38,210 nucleotides of DNA. It comes from Octopus bimaculoides (taxonomy: Eukaryota). The stretch covers positions 19,231,414-19,269,623 of the forward strand of contig NC_068995.1 of NCBI RefSeq assembly GCF_001194135.2. Reading direction: 5' to 3'. The notes under the pieces were generated by a model. That model had not been told where the DNA came from and made no database searches. It worked only from the letters and a program-made list of their open reading frames with translations. The translations under genes and the position numbers were made by a program. Shown here piece by piece: positions 11,436-23,940 of this stretch (position 1 is its first letter; every line of letters starts with the position of its first letter).

Positions 11436-12107
11436 NNNNNNNNNNNNNNNNNNNNNNNNNNNNNNNNNNNNNNNNNNNNNNNNNNNNNNNNNNNNNNNNN
11501 NNNNNNNNNNNNNNNNNNNNNNNNNNNNNNNNNNNNNNNNNNNNNNNNNNNNNNNNNNNNNNNNNNNNNNNNNNNNNNNNNNNNNNNNNNNNNNNNNNNN
11601 NNNNNNNNNNNNNNNNNNNNNNNNNNNNNNNNNNNNNNNNNNNNNNNNNNNNNNNNNNNNNNNNNNNNNNNNNNNNNNNNNNNNNNNNNNNNNNNNNNNN
11701 NNNNNNNNNNNNNNNNNNNNNNNNNNNNNNNNNNNNNNNNNNNNNNNNNNNNNNNNNNNNNNNNNNNNNNNNNNNNNNNNNNNNNNNNNNNNNNNNNNNN
11801 NNNNNNNNNNNNNNNNNNNNNNNNNNNNNNNNNNNNNNNNNNNNNNNNNNNNNNNNNNNNNNNNNNNNNNNNNNNNNNNNNNNNNNNNNNNNNNNNNNNN
11901 NNNNNNNNNNNNNNNNNNNNNNNNNNNNNNNNNNNNNNNNNNNNNNNNNNNNNNNNNNNNNNNNNNNNNNNNNNNNNNNNNNNNNNNNNNNNNNNNNNNN
12001 NNNNNNNNNNNNNNNNNNNNNNNNNNNNNNNNNNNNNNNNNNNNNNNNNNNNNNNNNNNNNNNNNNNNNNNNNNNNNNNNNNNNNNNNNNNNNNNNNNNN
12101 NNNNNNN
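11436..12107. other. Assembly gap
   Basis: Run of N. Confidence 1.
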
Positions 12108-15100
12108 ATAATAACACAACTGTTCTCTTCATAGGCGGATCGACTGCAATAAAGAGAATTATACCTATGGATACTGAGATACAGGGATGCTTGACTTATT
12201 CTCCACTATATTCTCATCAGAATTGATATATAAATGATGAAATTTGTTACTGATGTTTCCGTCTTTTTCTTGAGTTCTTTTTTTTTATTGCTATTTACGT
12301 TACCCGAGCTGTGGCAAAAGCGTGTATCATTGAAACATACTTTATCGCAAAGTGAATAAAGTGTTAAAACATTTTGTGTGTCGAGCGCGTAACTTAAATT
12401 CGTTAAGCTTATATCTGTATAGAAGAGAGATAGACGCTATTCAGCAATAATTATGTAAATAAATCAGAAGCAAAGGAGAGAATTGAAAATAAAAGAATAT
12501 AAATTAGAAAGTTGTTGCACTAGTGTCTTAATTCATAGAAACTGGAAATAGGTAATGAGGTAAAAGAAGGAATGTTTTCAAAACGCTTTTGTTGAACAGA
12601 AGCACTTATATACCTGCCAAATCAATATACAGAAAGGAATATGTACAAATACAAAGATTATACATGCGTTGTTGACACAACTCTATAAGAAACTGAATTA
12701 AATGATCGTACGATATATTTATCCCATACAACATTAAAACATCAAAACAACCCCTATACTTCGGGGACACCGATCCAGAAAAAGGTTTCTACCAGAAGAT
12801 ATTATTAATAACAACAATATGTGTTCTGTACTATATAGATGCTGCAGTTAGTATGAAGGTAGGAATATCGTAAAGCCATAATCTTTGGAAAGTCAGAAAA
12901 ATCGGTCATGGCTGCTAAATGTAGCCAAAGTAATACATACAGAACAGCCCTAGAAGACTGAAATAATCAACATATGTTATAGGTTTTAATAAACTCTTCA
13001 ATAGACGGAATATAAGATGAATACAATATGGGAACTTTAATTAACACCGAGACTTAAACCCCCGTCGGTAATTAAATAACGTTCGGTTTGAAGTTTCTAA
13101 TTCTGATTCTCTTATTCTTCTGCGGCACAATGGAATTCAGACTATAAGCATTGATCCAATGATATGTTAGTGGCCTTGAATTTAATCAGTGCTAAGTTAA
13201 ATTATATTTATTTTAGTTGAAGCGTAACTATCTTGTAAAATCACAAGTGGTAGAATAAGTAATATATTAAAACGTCTTTGATATGTTCAATAGAATGAGA
13301 GCAATTTACCACTGTGAATTAAGTAAAGAGTTCGGTTTCAAATTCCGCGAAAATTAAGGAACATGAGAGACTTGAATATAGCCGGAACACGCAATGGCTG
13401 AAATGTGACGGTGAATATATCGAGATGACGACATTACTCTGAATATCATAGTGTATATTAGAAGGGTTTTTGTAAATATGTAAAGAGTAAATAGGTGGGT
13501 TCGATTATTTGCAAATAACAATTTAGCATAATAAATATTTACGATAGTAGTATATGCGATGAAACTTTGATTAATTGAATGCTGAAACTGAATGAAATAT
13601 TCAACTTACATTCATCACAATACTCTTACACCTGCAGGTCCTTTTCGTGTCGTTAATAACAGCATGAAGAATAATTTAAAACTTTAAATAAATCTAATGT
13701 CTTCGTTTAATGGCCAGCTCGATTTAGTTAGAATAATGGCCAACAATGCTGAGAATCGGAGACACAGGCATTAATCTAATCTATAGAGTCAGGGGAATTG
13801 CTAAGGAAGTGATGAATTATTGTTGCTGTTCTTCTTGTTGTTACTGTTTGGGTCGATTTGACCTCTGCGAGTGAAAACGGTATGCGGAAACATAATGGAA
13901 TACCGTCGGATGGATCGTATCTGTAATCAAAGTGTCCACCCTTGTCATACACTGTGACACTGGTTATTCTTCAGGATTATGTTGGTGATACACACGTCTG
14001 TGAAATACTTAGTCATATCCACGCTAATTCATTGAATAGGGAGTTTAGTTGATGGAACAATTGAATACTTATCCTCGAAACTAGTGGAATACCTCAACTT
14101 TTCTAGATAAAAAATATTGCTCATCAGTGCATCATGTTTGGAAATGTATTCGAGTGCTTATGCGTCATTGGACAACGTGACGAATATATGTCTATCAACG
14201 TACTGTGTTTTCCCTCTTGTTTACTAAGGTAAAAATTAATGAGAACAATTTTTTTTTTTAATTGGTTTTAATCAAAACAAATTATTCTATAGTGTTTATT
14301 TCAGGAACTGAAAACACTGGAAATTATCAAAATTACCATTTTATTACAAATACACTAGACACACAACTATTTGTATTAAACTGTTCATATTCAAAGAAAA
14401 AAAATGAATCAAGGTTTATATGCACTGTTTATCTTTCTTAATTACATATGAATGTTTTTATTGAGGTAAGTAGTATTAATCAGAATAACCAAATAAATAC
14501 CAGTTTCATGACACGAACTCACACATCTTGTTGTCTGGCCTCTTAATCGGTCAATAGGTCTGAAAAATATTAATCGCTGATTTAGCTAATATATTAAACA
14601 AACGATATCTATGAAAAATGAATGTTTACAACTATTATTTCTGCATTGAAGTTAATTACTTATAAATAATCCTTTAATTAGCTGCCAATTTGTTTTTATT
14701 GATGCATCCCTTTTAACTTTATTTTATTAAGTATATGAAGAAAGTTCTTTGCATCACCATGTATAACTTGTGAAAAATAAACGACAATGTATCTTACTCG
14801 GGCCTAATTTTTTTCTTTTTCTTTTCTTTTTGCTTTCCTTCGAAAATTGCTTGTGATTTTGCTAATTAATACAACTATCTTCTGTAACTAAAAGTTAATT
14901 AGAAATATAATTATTGAAGGAAATTATTTACATGCTAGTATTTTATTTATTCATTTTTTTTCTTTTTTATTTGTATACAATTTTTTTCACTGCTTTGATT
15001 AATCTTTTTATTAATCTATTCATTAATTGGTTTACAAAAGAAATTTGAAAACTTTGAAAAGAATTATTACATGTCGCATTATGCTTAACATCAAAGGTGG

Positions 15101-15364
15101 TAAAATGCCAGGGGCAGTAGAACATCACTTTAAACGTCTGAAAAAATTTGATTTCTACACTTTTCGTTCAAACCCGACTGAGTTTAATTTTGCTTTCTTC
15201 TCTCTGTGGTCCGCATAATAAAGAACATTGTATTGATCATCTAAATCTGGCCTCTACAAATTTTAAAGTCTAACGCAATTAAAGAAATCCTCAAAATCAG
15301 CTTTTACGAAATAAATATATATATTGTAATAAAATATGCAAGTCAGACGAGGCTGTGTATGCGA

Positions 15365-15763
15365 AGGCGTGGCAACGTGGTAAGAAGTTTGTTTCTCAGT
15401 CATATTGCCCCAGGTTCACTCCCACTGCGTGGTACCCTTCGTAAATGTTACTTTCGGTAAGTTGGCCTCAAGCCAACGAAAGCATTATGTGTTGATTTGG
15501 TTCATACAAATTGAAAGAAACTTGTATATATGTGTGTGTGAGTGTGTGTGCAGTGTGTGTGTGCTTGTATATGTGAGTGTCTTTATGCCTATGTTTGACA
15601 ACCACTGCTGGTGTGTTTATGCTTCTGTCTCGTAGAAGTTCGGCAAAAGACGCCGATAGAATGCGAACCTGGTTTTAAAAGAAAATAAGTACTGGAATCG
15701 ATTAGTTCGATTAAAATCCCTCAAGGCGGTGCCCCAGCATGGCCGCAGTTTAATGACTGAAAC
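15365..15763 (+). mobile_element. tRNA-type SINE family B (internal TA/TG microsatellite)
   Basis: Head GGCGTGGCAACGTGGTAAGAAG...CAGGTTCACTCCCACTGCG and tail AAGGCGGTGCCCCAGCATGGCCGCAGTTTAATGACTGAAAC, collinear with 25256-25653. Confidence 0.85.
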
Positions 15764-15940
15764 GATCCCCATTATTAAACAACAGCAATGTAAATTAATA
15801 CTTTTCTGGAGTGAGTTCCATGGTTCCGTGAAAAAGTACTGGAATTTCTCATGAAAAGTGGTTTTTAATGAAATTTAATAAAATTATATTTCATAGGAAC
15901 AAATAGGATACACACTTTCAAAATAATGCTATTAGTATAT

Positions 15941-16351
15941 TCTCTTTACTCTTTTATTCTTTTACTTGTTTCAGTTATTTGACTGCGGCTATACTGGAGC
16001 ACCACCTTTAGTCGAGGAAATCGACCCCAGGACTTATTCTTTGTGAGCCTAGTACTTATTCTATCGGTTTCTTTTGCCGAACCGTTTACGGGGACGTAAA
16101 CACACCCTGTCAAGCGACGTTGGGGGGGGGGCAGGCACAGTCACACAAACATGTGCACGCACATACATATATATATATATATATATACATATATACGAAG
16201 GGCTTCTTTTAGTTTCCATCTACCAAATCCACTCACATGGCTTTGGTCGGTCCGAGGCTATAGTAGAAGACACTTGCCCAAGGTGTCACGCAGTGAGACG
16301 TAACCCGGAACCATGTGGTTGGTAAGCAAGCTACTTACCACATAGTCACTC
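15941..16351 (-). mobile_element. SINE family B, full length
   Basis: Reverse complement aligns along its length with 25256-25653, including the internal (TA)n and the (CTTTTA)-type tail. Confidence 0.9.
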
Positions 16352-17189
16352 GATATTTTACTATAAAAAATTCTTTATGTAAAACTTCTTTCATGGTAGA
16401 GGCATATTGTCCATCACAAAATGTATCGAAATATTCTTTCATGAAATTATTTTCCTACTTTTTCATTTTTTACTCTAGTCAACAAACGTTGTCATTGATT
16501 TAATACTTTTGTTTGACTTAGATTAAGTATAGATCAGAAGAATAGACTTTCAGATGTAGGGTACGTCATAATATAGTCCAACGAAATATATTTATACTAT
16601 ATAGATGAACCCTACTTCCTTTCAGTATTGTGACCCCATCCATTTTTGAGGGCTTTATGCATTAGTTACTGCTAGTGTAACATATTTTTCCTGTTTAATA
16701 TTTTTTTGAATTTAAGTGTAGCCCTGGCTCAACATGAATTAGTTAGCTACAGCCAGTGTATTTATGCTGCCCAGGGAAAGTGAGAAAAATTCAGGCCACA
16801 TAGCTGAATCAGCTACCCTTTAGTGATTCAGTTCTCTCCTATTTGCAGTGAGAATAGTTTTAATGAACAATCGCTTTGTCATGTTACATTGCTATTCTGA
16901 CAGTTCTCCAATAGATTTTGTGACATCAAAAGCTACCATTCCGATGTTCACCTTTTTTAATGGCTTCTTGAATATTACTGCCTTAAACATCAAATAATAA
17001 GTTAAAGACAATGATGTTTAGTCACGTAATTCTGTCTGGCTTTGGAGTTCAACCGTATAGTTTAGATTTAATGTAAGTGATATAGGAGTTGAAAGACTCA
17101 ACTAATTCTCAATTGTCTTCCCCTTAAATAGAGTTGAACGCAGCAACACTGATGTAAAAGGAAAACTGTATAGTCCCTGTTTAACAAAA

Positions 17190-17358
17190 TAATTATATAG
17201 CGGTGAGTTCTAAGGGCCTAGTATACTAATTTAGAGCCAGATTCCGTGAGCAACTAAGACTGTTCTCTCCTACAACCGCAATGCAGTACCAGAGTCGTGG
17301 TACGAACTTAGACACTTCGATCTACAAGCCGTTACCGTGTCGACTCAGTCAGCTGCGA
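17190..17358 (-). mobile_element. Possible decayed tRNA-derived SINE
   Basis: The - strand head GTCGCAGCTGACTGAGTCGACACGGTAACGGCTTGTAGATCGAAGTGTCTAAGTTCGTACC is tRNA-like. There is no second clear copy in the window. Confidence 0.35.
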
Positions 17359-18444
17359 CTCTTATGGGACATTACTTTTACTTTAATACACTGGTTGAAT
17401 GATGTATGAAAAGAGTTAAATAGCAAGATATGTTCGCATGAATTATCACAATCAATTTCGAAAATGAAAGCAACATCTGATGAAAGTTTCGTCTGTAGAT
17501 AAAGACTATGATATTGCATTGAACTTGATAGACGAAGTAAACAATATTATAGATTTAACATCTCCCTCGAGAAATATAAGATTTTGTTCATTAGATCGTA
17601 GCAAATATCCGGAACAGAGACAATATACTATATGGATTCATAATAATATTTTTTCTTCATTTTTTTTATCATTTTTATAATCGTACTAACTTCTCTTTAT
17701 CAAAACTAAAACAAACTCTCTGAGAAAATGATGTCCCTTTCAGAATCATGGTCAATATAAGTAAAACACATCTTGATCGTGTTTGTCTGGGTTTCAAAAC
17801 ACCGTTTTCTTTGTCTTTATGAGATGCATACAAACTTATGGATCATTGGGACAATTATTTTGCTGCAAGTTGTAGTGATAAGTAATATGATACAGAATTG
17901 AAAGGTCGATTCATGGGGACCCGATTGTTAAAATATGACCTTACCAACTTTTTATAGAAATTGTGAAGAGATTATAAGAATCAATCTGATGAGTATTTGT
18001 TCGAGTTGTTCATAAGGTGAATTCACTTGAGTTACACATCAAGTGTTTAAATCTTCCGCTTGGATATTCATATTTCCGGGATCGATGGAGGTTTGATAAA
18101 AGTTGTATTGTCTATAGGGAACTGGGTCATCCGTGTCTTTTCAAAAATGATAACGACTGAACGGAAATATATGAACAACTACGAAATGAGACTAACTTAC
18201 CGATAGGGTTTATTATAAACTTGACTTGATTTCACAGAATCTCCATTTATTACGAAGCAGATGAATTTTTTACACATGTAAATAGTCACAGAGGTTTAAT
18301 TGATATCATATGACATTATGTGTGTGTTAAATGTTTATCCTTTTGTACTAATAAATAGTTATTTCAATGTCACTTGTTTCTATGAAACAAATGCATGTCC
18401 CACGACTAGTTATTGTTCACAAGAGTATATATTGCGACATATAG

Positions 18445-18627
18445 TAATACTGATGTTAAATTTTGGCTCAGAGCCAGCAACTGGATTACACTGAACCCAC
18501 TGTTCAACTAATACTTATTTTTCTAACCTCAAAAGGGGGAAAGACTAAGTTGGCCTTGGGGAAATTTGACTGAATGCTGCTGAGCATTTTACCTGGCATA
18601 CTGACAATTCTGCTAGCACACCGCCTT
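18445..18627 (-). mobile_element. SINE family A (decayed)
   Basis: Ends CAATTCTGCTAGCACACCGCCTT, the reverse complement of the family head. Confidence 0.7.
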
Positions 18628-18635
18628 CACCGAAC

Positions 18636-18856
18636 ACAAATATTGTTTTCAAACTTTAGCACAAGGCCATTAATTTCGGGAAAGAGTCTATGTCGATTAG
18701 ATCGACCCAGGTATTCAAATGGAACTTATTTTATTGATCTTTAAAGAATGAAATGCGGAGTCTCCTTCGGCAAACTTTGAACTAAAAGCGTAAAGACGGA
18801 CAAGATGCCGCTAAGCATTTCGTCAGCCTGCTAACAATTCTGCCAGCTCACCGCCC
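18636..18856 (-). mobile_element. SINE family A
   Basis: GCACAAGGCC...ATCGACCCAGG...AATTCTGCCAGCTCACCGCC. Confidence 0.85.
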
Positions 18857-18885
18857 TCAGATCGTTTCTAATATTACTATTTAAT

Positions 18886-19112
18886 GAACGTGGTGAGCTG
18901 GCAGAATCGTTAAAACGGCAGCGGAAATGCTTAGCGGCATTTCGTCCGTTTGCATATTCTCAGTTCAAATTCCGCCAAGATCGACTTTGCCTTTTATCCT
19001 TTTGTAGTCAATAAACTAAGCCCCAGCTGAGCACTGGAAACGATAAATTCGAATGGCTCTTCACTTGTAATTGTTGGCCTCGTGTCAAAATTTGAAGTCA
19101 ATATTACTATTT
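18886..19112 (+). mobile_element. SINE family A
   Basis: GTGGTGAGCTGGCAGAATCGTT...CAGTTCAAATTCCGCCAAGATCGACTTTGCC...GGCCTCGTGTCAAAATTTGAAG. Confidence 0.85.
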
Positions 19113-19115
19113 GTC

Positions 19116-19337
19116 GAAGGCGGCGGGCTGGCAGGATCTTTAGCGCGCCGGGTGACTTGCTTAACGGCATTCATCCGTCTTTGCGGTCTGAGTTCAAATT
19201 CTGCTAAAAGTAATTTTGTCTTTCTTCCTCTTTTTCTTAGGTTGATAAAATAAATATGTCAGACACTGGGGTCGCTGTAATCGATTTACCCTTCCCCTAA
19301 AAGAGATGGCTTTGTGCCAAAATTTGAAATTTATATT
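19116..19337 (+). mobile_element. SINE family A
   Basis: GAAGGCGGCGGGCTGGCAGG...GAGTTCAAATTC...GGCTTTGTGCCAAAATTTGAAA. Confidence 0.85.
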
Positions 19338-19549
19338 AAAAACCATGTGAATTTTGTTTCGAATGAAAATAAGATTATGTGAAATAATCTATGGAGCTAT
19401 GAAATATAGTTTCACACTCTATAGGAAGCTAATTTAGAAATATTATGTGTAAATGTTTCGTGCATGTATAATACTAAATACTGAGTTACGTACATATATA
19501 ATACTAAATACTGAAAATTGGGTGGAATTGCTTCACATGTGATATTTGT

Positions 19550-19885
19550 TTACCGGCCGAGTAATATTCTCATCACTTCCATTAACATAGTCATTATGTA
19601 ACCAATAAAATTTATTAACAAATCTACTGGAATCAGAAATGGGAATCCTGCATACGCCCTAAAGAAAAGCTGAAAAGAAACCACCGGGTAAAGTTGATAA
19701 GATGAAAAAGGATTGTTATAAAAAGGATTAAAATAAAAAAATAAAGGAATAATAAAACTGCTAATGCAAATAAAATAAATCTTTTTCATTGACTTATTCC
19801 AGTCATTAAACTGCATCCATGCAGGAGCATTGCCTTGAAAAATTTGCTGTCGAATGATTACACGAAAATACTCCTTTTCCTCCAT
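19550..19885 (-). pseudogene. 111-aa ORF, possibly a pogo/Tigger DDE_1 transposase relic
   Basis: NAPAWMQFNDWNKSMKK resembles the pogo motif NxKAWMTxxxFxDWL..K.M, and FLIPVDLLINF resembles LQPxDxGIIxxF. By-eye similarity only. Confidence 0.3.
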
Positions 19886-19914
19886 TTTCAGCCAGTTAAG
19901 TATGCATTCAGGAT

Positions 19915-20062
19915 TTTAGCCGAACTGTGAACAAACCACGTAAAAACCAGTTGTCAAGCGGTGGTTGGGACAAACACAGAAAAAAGCAGACAGAGGCACC
20001 CACACTCACACACACATGTGCATGCACACACATGCATGCACACACGCACGCACAAACGCATT

Positions 20063-20098
<36 letters not shown>
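19915..20098 (-). mobile_element. SINE family B, 3' half running into gap 20099-20365
   Basis: CCAGTTGTCAAGCGGTGGTTGGGACAAACACAG matches the reverse complement of the family B segment after the microsatellite. Confidence 0.75.
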
Positions 20099-20659
20099 NN
20101 NNNNNNNNNNNNNNNNNNNNNNNNNNNNNNNNNNNNNNNNNNNNNNNNNNNNNNNNNNNNNNNNNNNNNNNNNNNNNNNNNNNNNNNNNNNNNNNNNNNN
20201 NNNNNNNNNNNNNNNNNNNNNNNNNNNNNNNNNNNNNNNNNNNNNNNNNNNNNNNNNNNNNNNNNNNNNNNNNNNNNNNNNNNNNNNNNNNNNNNNNNNN
20301 NNNNNNNNNNNNNNNNNNNNNNNNNNNNNNNNNNNNNNNNNNNNNNNNNNNNNNNNNNNNNNNNNTATATATTTATGATTTGTCAGCTTTCAGGTATCTC
20401 AATAAAAATTACCTTGACAGTAAGGAGTATTTTATAAATGCACTCACAATTTTTTTTATAATGGTTTCTTATGAGATATTTTGAGGGTAATCCTCCATTT
20501 CTTCTAATCCATTTATTCAGTGTACGGCTGGAAATAGGCAGTCTAATTCTCAAAACTTTTAAATGCGTATTTTTTCTCGAGGATCAAATAAATTTTCGCA
20601 TATTATTACCAGAAATCCTTCCAGTATGGACATAAATATTGGTTTTCTAATTTTGACTC

Positions 20660-20850
20660 AAAGCCATCAATTTCAGTGAGAGGTTAGGTCGATTACATAA
20701 ATCCCAATGCTCTACTGGTACTTATTCCATAGAAAGTAATGAAAAACAATGTCGGCTTCAGGTGAATATCTACTCAAGAACTAAGGAGGGACAAAATACC
20801 GCTAAATACTTTGAATGGTATGCTCACGATTCTATCAGCTTGCTTCATTA
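20660..20850 (-). mobile_element. SINE family A (decayed)
   Basis: GGTCGATTACATAAATCCC...CTGGTACTTATT...ACCGCTAAATAC...CGATTCTATCAGCTTGC. Confidence 0.6.
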
Positions 20851-20906
20851 ATATGGACATAAATATTTCTTTCTTTACTGCTCATACATACATACATACA
20901 TACATA

Positions 20907-21088
20907 CATAGAAGGGACAAACAAGGGCAGACAAAGAGATTAAATCGATTACATCGACCCCGGTGCGTAACTGTACTTATTTAAACGACCCCGAAGGCAA
21001 AGTCGACCTTGGTGCAATTTGAACTTAGAACGTAACACCGCTAAGCATTTCGCCCGGCGTGCTAACGATTCTGCCAGCTCGCCGCCTT
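20907..21088 (-). mobile_element. SINE family A, alternative-tail subtype
   Basis: GATTCTGCCAGCTCGCCGCCTT head (reverse complement). CATAGAAGGGACAAAC is shared with the 1671-1903 copy. Confidence 0.88.
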
Positions 21089-21894
21089 AATAAATATTGC
21101 TCTAGAAAAAGAAGTAATTACAAAAACGAATACAGTTAGCTCTATAATGATTCGTTTTCTGAACAGCAAGAACTTGCAACCGACTCACAGCAATATGAAG
21201 AGGAATATGAATGAACAGCATACTTTAATCATACTGGCTCACATATTATAGATACTTGTCCAGCGAGTAATTAATGCGGACATCTGAAAGGAGTGACATT
21301 AAGGCTTAATTGAGAAACTACCTTTTAAGTTTTCAGTATTGTGTACAAACTATACTGCTAATATTGTTCTTGACAAATGTGTCGTGAGCATTGATTTTTC
21401 AAATCTATCATCATATTACCAACATTAACTAAACTCTAGTGATTGAAATATGGAAATGAAAAACATATTTGTAAATTGTATGATTTCAATTTGCCTCTAT
21501 GTGCCAGTTTAATGTGAAAAATTGAATTCATGTAATGAAAGACGAGACTTCGACGAATGGACCGAACCATCGCTTAAATGAAATAGAAAAATAGCAGGCT
21601 AAGCGATAGAAGGTTCATAGTTAAGAAAAGACTAAATTTCAGTAGTGTAGTATTGTAAAATATTATATAAAATTACGTATCAGAATTTCCCCCCCTTTTT
21701 TTTTTTGTGATTGACAAAACCCGGACCTAATTTTAATATCTGGATGTAATATACTATTATTTCTCACCTAATATTTAGTTTTTAAAACTTATTTTTATGT
21801 GTCTATATTTTTTATGAAGCACAGTCAATATCTTCTGGTAAATCATTAATATTTATACTCTGTCTTTTCTTGATGTTCCCACAAGTTTAAACAT

Positions 21895-21916
21895 AATCTC
21901 TGTCTCTGTCTGTCTG

Positions 21917-21957
<41 letters not shown>

Positions 21958-22075
21958 CTCTCTCTGTCTCTCTCTAACACACACACATACACACAGACGC
22001 ATACTCACTCACCCACACTCACACGCGTGTGTGCACACACATGCTCGCGCAGTGAGAGTGAGAGAGAGATGCATA
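21895..22075. repeat. (CT)n-(CA)n-(GA)n compound microsatellite
   Basis: Direct reading. Confidence 0.9.
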
Positions 22076-22529
22076 TAGAGTTATAAATATATACATATAC
22101 ATTAAACATACATCTAAATGCATTTCATATTACTTTCCAGAAATTATGGCATTTTTTTATTTATTTTTTTATTTATTTTCAAATATACATATAATTTTAT
22201 TTGGGGAGATCATTTTCAATCTGAAAATGTGTATCTTACTGATCGTAAATTGGTTGTAAATCATTTGATTTGTCTAAATCTGTGAAATAATTCTCTCGCA
22301 GCAAGCTCTGCTCAGATAAAACCGTGCAACGGATTCTCTCTGTCTACTTAACAAAGCTCTGTGATATAATGATGATAAATACAATATCAAGTGCAAACGA
22401 TGCAACATCGCCAAGCTATTTCCCAAGGAATAGATAATTTTCATTTGAAAGTCAGCATTAAAATTATGATTACAATTCGACATGGAATGTTTGAACTGAT
22501 AGAAGACAAAGAAACAAAACCACGCACAA

Positions 22530-22680
22530 ATATACATACATTCATACATACATACATACATATATATAGGTATATATATGCATATCTATCTATCTATCTA
22601 TCTATCTATATATCTATCTATCTATCTATCTATCTATTTATCTATCTATCTATCTAGCTATCTAGCTATCTATCTCTATC

Positions 22681-22715
<35 letters not shown>

Positions 22716-22720
22716 AGAAA

Positions 22721-22766
<46 letters not shown>

Positions 22767-22770
22767 ATTA
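22530..22770. repeat. (CATA)n/(TCTA)n/(TA)n compound microsatellite
   Basis: Direct reading. Confidence 0.92.
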
Positions 22771-22977
22771 TTCATTTATTTATTTACTTTCTATATGCAA
22801 TTGACTGCTTGTAGAACAGTGGGCAGAGTTTTTGCAAGAAACACCCAGTTCAATTTAATTCGTATACAAAACTCGATTGTAAGGCAATAAGCAATGTCAC
22901 GTTATTTTCCTGAAAAGCATAAACTGTGATTTCTGAAATCTGATGGCCTTATTTGTTTACCAAAATACAGCGTCACT

Positions 22978-23197
22978 AAGGCGGTGAGCTGGCAGAAACG
23001 TTAGCAGGCCGGGCGAAATTCTTAGGGGTATTTCGTCTGTCTCTACGTTCTGAGTTCAAATTCCGCCGTGGTCGACTCTGCCTTTCATCCTTTCGGGATC
23101 CATAAATTAAGTACCAGTTGCGTACTTGGGTAGATTTAATCGACTGGTTCCCTCCCCTAAAAAATTTCGGGCCTTGTGCTAGAGTAGAAATGAATAT
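22978..23197 (+). mobile_element. SINE family A, best-preserved copy
   Basis: tRNA-like head AAGGCGGTGAGCTGGCAGAAACGTTAGC, B-box GAGTTCAAATTCC, core GTCGACTCTGCCTTTCATCCTTTCGGGATCCATAAATTAAGTACCAG, tail GGCCTTGTGCTAGAGTAGAAA. Confidence 0.92.
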
Positions 23198-23629
23198 ACA
23201 GCGATACGTTTGATTAAGCAGACGAGAAGTTAAATTATGCTTTGTTTGACTAATTTTCATTCATGCACGTGTCAAGTATCGAAGAATAATATGCTGTATC
23301 ACAGATTTTCCGTATGCTTTAGTCGGCGGAAGAGAGCAGCTCTAAAGATGTCTTACTTAGATATCTCTGCTGGTTTCAGAGGGAGAAGTATTCACACACT
23401 AGAGACATGGACGTGGTGCTTATAAAATAGTCGATGCTCCTTAAGAGGTCATGACGTAGAGTCATGCATTGTGATTGAACCCTTAACCAAATAATTAGAA
23501 CACTTTAATTACACTGCTAAGTCGGTGACTATATAAGTACTGTCCACTGAATGTTATCAAGTTATTGATTCAACTACAGAATAGCCTAAATAACATTTTA
23601 TTCCAAACACATATAGAGGACTATTGAAA

Positions 23630-23940
23630 ACAAGAACACTCAGAGAGCGCAAACCTCGTCTTCTCAACGATTAGCCAGAGATGATTTTTAAAATGAGAAT
23701 ATGTAAAATAAACTCGACTGCTCTCATAAACAAAAATGCTAAAAATGAAACCGACTGCTCACAACGGTTAAGCAAAAGAAAACCAGAAAAATAATCCAGA
23801 ATCCTTGTCCAGTACCTGATCGATCACAATGATAGTCACGGAATGTGAAAGTGGCTGCAGAAAATTTAATAACAGTAATAAATTGTTTATCCTTAACAAA
23901 TTCACCATTCAAAATAGTTTCAAATGCGGAGGTAATAATA
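23630..23940 (+). mobile_element. Helentron/HINE-like non-autonomous element, 5' part
   Basis: ACAAGAACACTCAGAGAGCGCAAACCTC...GATTAGCCAGAGATGATTT... is collinear with 27312-27620 and ends GCGGAGGTAATAAT. Confidence 0.65.

Noticed and set aside
12707-12860. Exon-like frame YFGDTDPEKGF...AVSMK ending at a GTAGG donor
   Set aside because: No convincing acceptor or homology; could be a GIY-YIG-like relic or chance.
13812-13928. + strand Cys-rich (MNYCCCSSCCYC) or signal-peptide-like frames
   Set aside because: Produced by a degenerate TGT/TCT repeat; the hydrophobic frame has no Met and is preceded by stops.
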